This document shows, in pieces, positions 24,285 to 24,850 of a stretch of DNA of 24,850 bases. The notes below the pieces were generated by a model, which saw only the letters and a list, made by a program, of their open reading frames with translations, searched no databases and was not told the DNA's origin. Position 1 is the first letter of the stretch; every line of letters begins with the position of its first letter. Source of the stretch: a virus. Lineage: Duplodnaviria > Heunggongvirae > Uroviricota > Caudoviricetes. A program made the position numbers and the translations under genes. The DNA lies in the IMG/VR virus record IMGVR_UViG_2565956726_000010; one strand, given 5' to 3'.

Positions 24285-24850
24285 TGGATTTGCCCCTATA
24301 TTTCCAGACACCTGTTATCACTTAACCCATTACTGGCTTGCTGCCGTAGATATTCCCGTGGCGAGCGATAACCCAGTGCACTATGCGGATGCCATTCGTT
24401 ATAATGCTCGAACGCCTCTGCAAGGTTCTTTGCTGCCGTTAACCCGTCTGGTTTGGGCATGACACTGATGTAGTCACGCTTTATCGTTTTCACGAAGCTC
24501 TCTGCTATGCCGTTACTCTCCGGACTCCGCACCGCCGTGCTCTTCGGTTCAAGCCCCAACATCCGGGCAAACTGCCGTGTTTCATTAGCCCGGTAGCATG
24601 AACCATTATCCGTCAGCCACTCTACTGGAGACGCCGGAAGCTCGTTGCCGAAGCGGCGTTCCACCGCTCCCAGCATGACGTCCTGTACTGTTTCACTGTT
24701 GAAGCCGCCCGTAGTGACCGCCCAGTGCAGTGCCTCACGGTCACAGCAGTCCAGCGCGAACGTGACTCGCAGTTTTTCTCCGTTATCACAGCGGAACTCG
24801 AACCCGTCAGAGCACCATCGCTGATTACTTTCTTTCACAGCCACTCTGCC
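24285..24850 (-). mobile_element. IS2 insertion sequence, right-end portion (element continues beyond the window)
   Basis: Terminal sequence tggatttgcccctatatttccagaca at 24285..24310 matches the IS2 right inverted repeat as I recall it; the adjacent ORF translates to the C-terminal part of IS2 transposase InsD. Confidence 0.9.
24296..24850 (-). CDS. insD: IS2 transposase InsD (orfB, DDE integrase core), 5'-truncated by the window edge
   Basis: Translation ...[66 protein letters not shown]...[36 protein letters not shown] is near-identical to my recollection of IS2 InsD; the first codon in the window is GTG (Val), not a true start. Confidence 0.9.
   Translation of the reverse strand, partial: GRVAVKESNQRWCSDGFEFRCDNGEKLRVTFALDCCDREALHWAVTTGGFNSETVQDVMLGAVERRFGNELPASPVEWLTDNGSCYRANETRQFARMLGLEPKSTAVRSPESNGIAESFVKTIKRDYISVMPKPDGLTAAKNLAEAFEHYNEWHPHSALGYRSPREYLRQQASNGLSDNRCLEI

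Noticed and set aside
24258-24311. N-terminal 18 codons of the ORF annotated 23907..24311
   Set aside because: The first 9 codons (MSGNIGANP) are encoded by the IS2 terminal inverted repeat; this is a read-out artefact, and the native start is ATG 24257.
1-24850. tRNA genes, integrase/attachment site, and immunity/regulatory genes (cI, cro, N, Q)
   Set aside because: No cloverleaf-like tRNA sequence recognised and none of these proteins appears among the translations; the window is confined to the late region.

Overview
This window is almost entirely the late (lysis + morphogenesis) region of a mosaic lambdoid prophage of an Escherichia/Shigella-type host, with all phage genes on the minus strand. 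Reading in the phage's own direction (high to low coordinates): the right end of an IS2 element (transposase InsD, cut by the window edge) inserted just upstream of the lysis genes; a 116-aa unknown gene; a SAR-type endolysin; Rz with embedded Rz1; an AT-rich ~1.1 kb moron island carrying a plus-strand gene I recognise as a distant YfbU-family (UPF0304) homolog and a possible convergent 88-aa gene; HNH endonuclease, presumed cos, small and large terminase; HK97-type portal, prohead protease and major capsid protein; four head-tail joining genes; an Ig-domain major tail protein; G/GT chaperone with a clear A_AAA_AAG -1 frameshift site; tape measure protein; then a lambda-like tail tip (M, L, K, I, J), lom, and a chimeric side tail fiber (Stf) followed by two small coupled genes instead of a Tfa chaperone. 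No holin, tRNA, or CRISPR array is visible. The best candidates for undescribed biology are the AT-rich moron island (21741-22845) and the acidic-protein/membrane-protein pair after stf (1-576). All family assignments come from reading the translations and recalling reference proteins; no database search was run.
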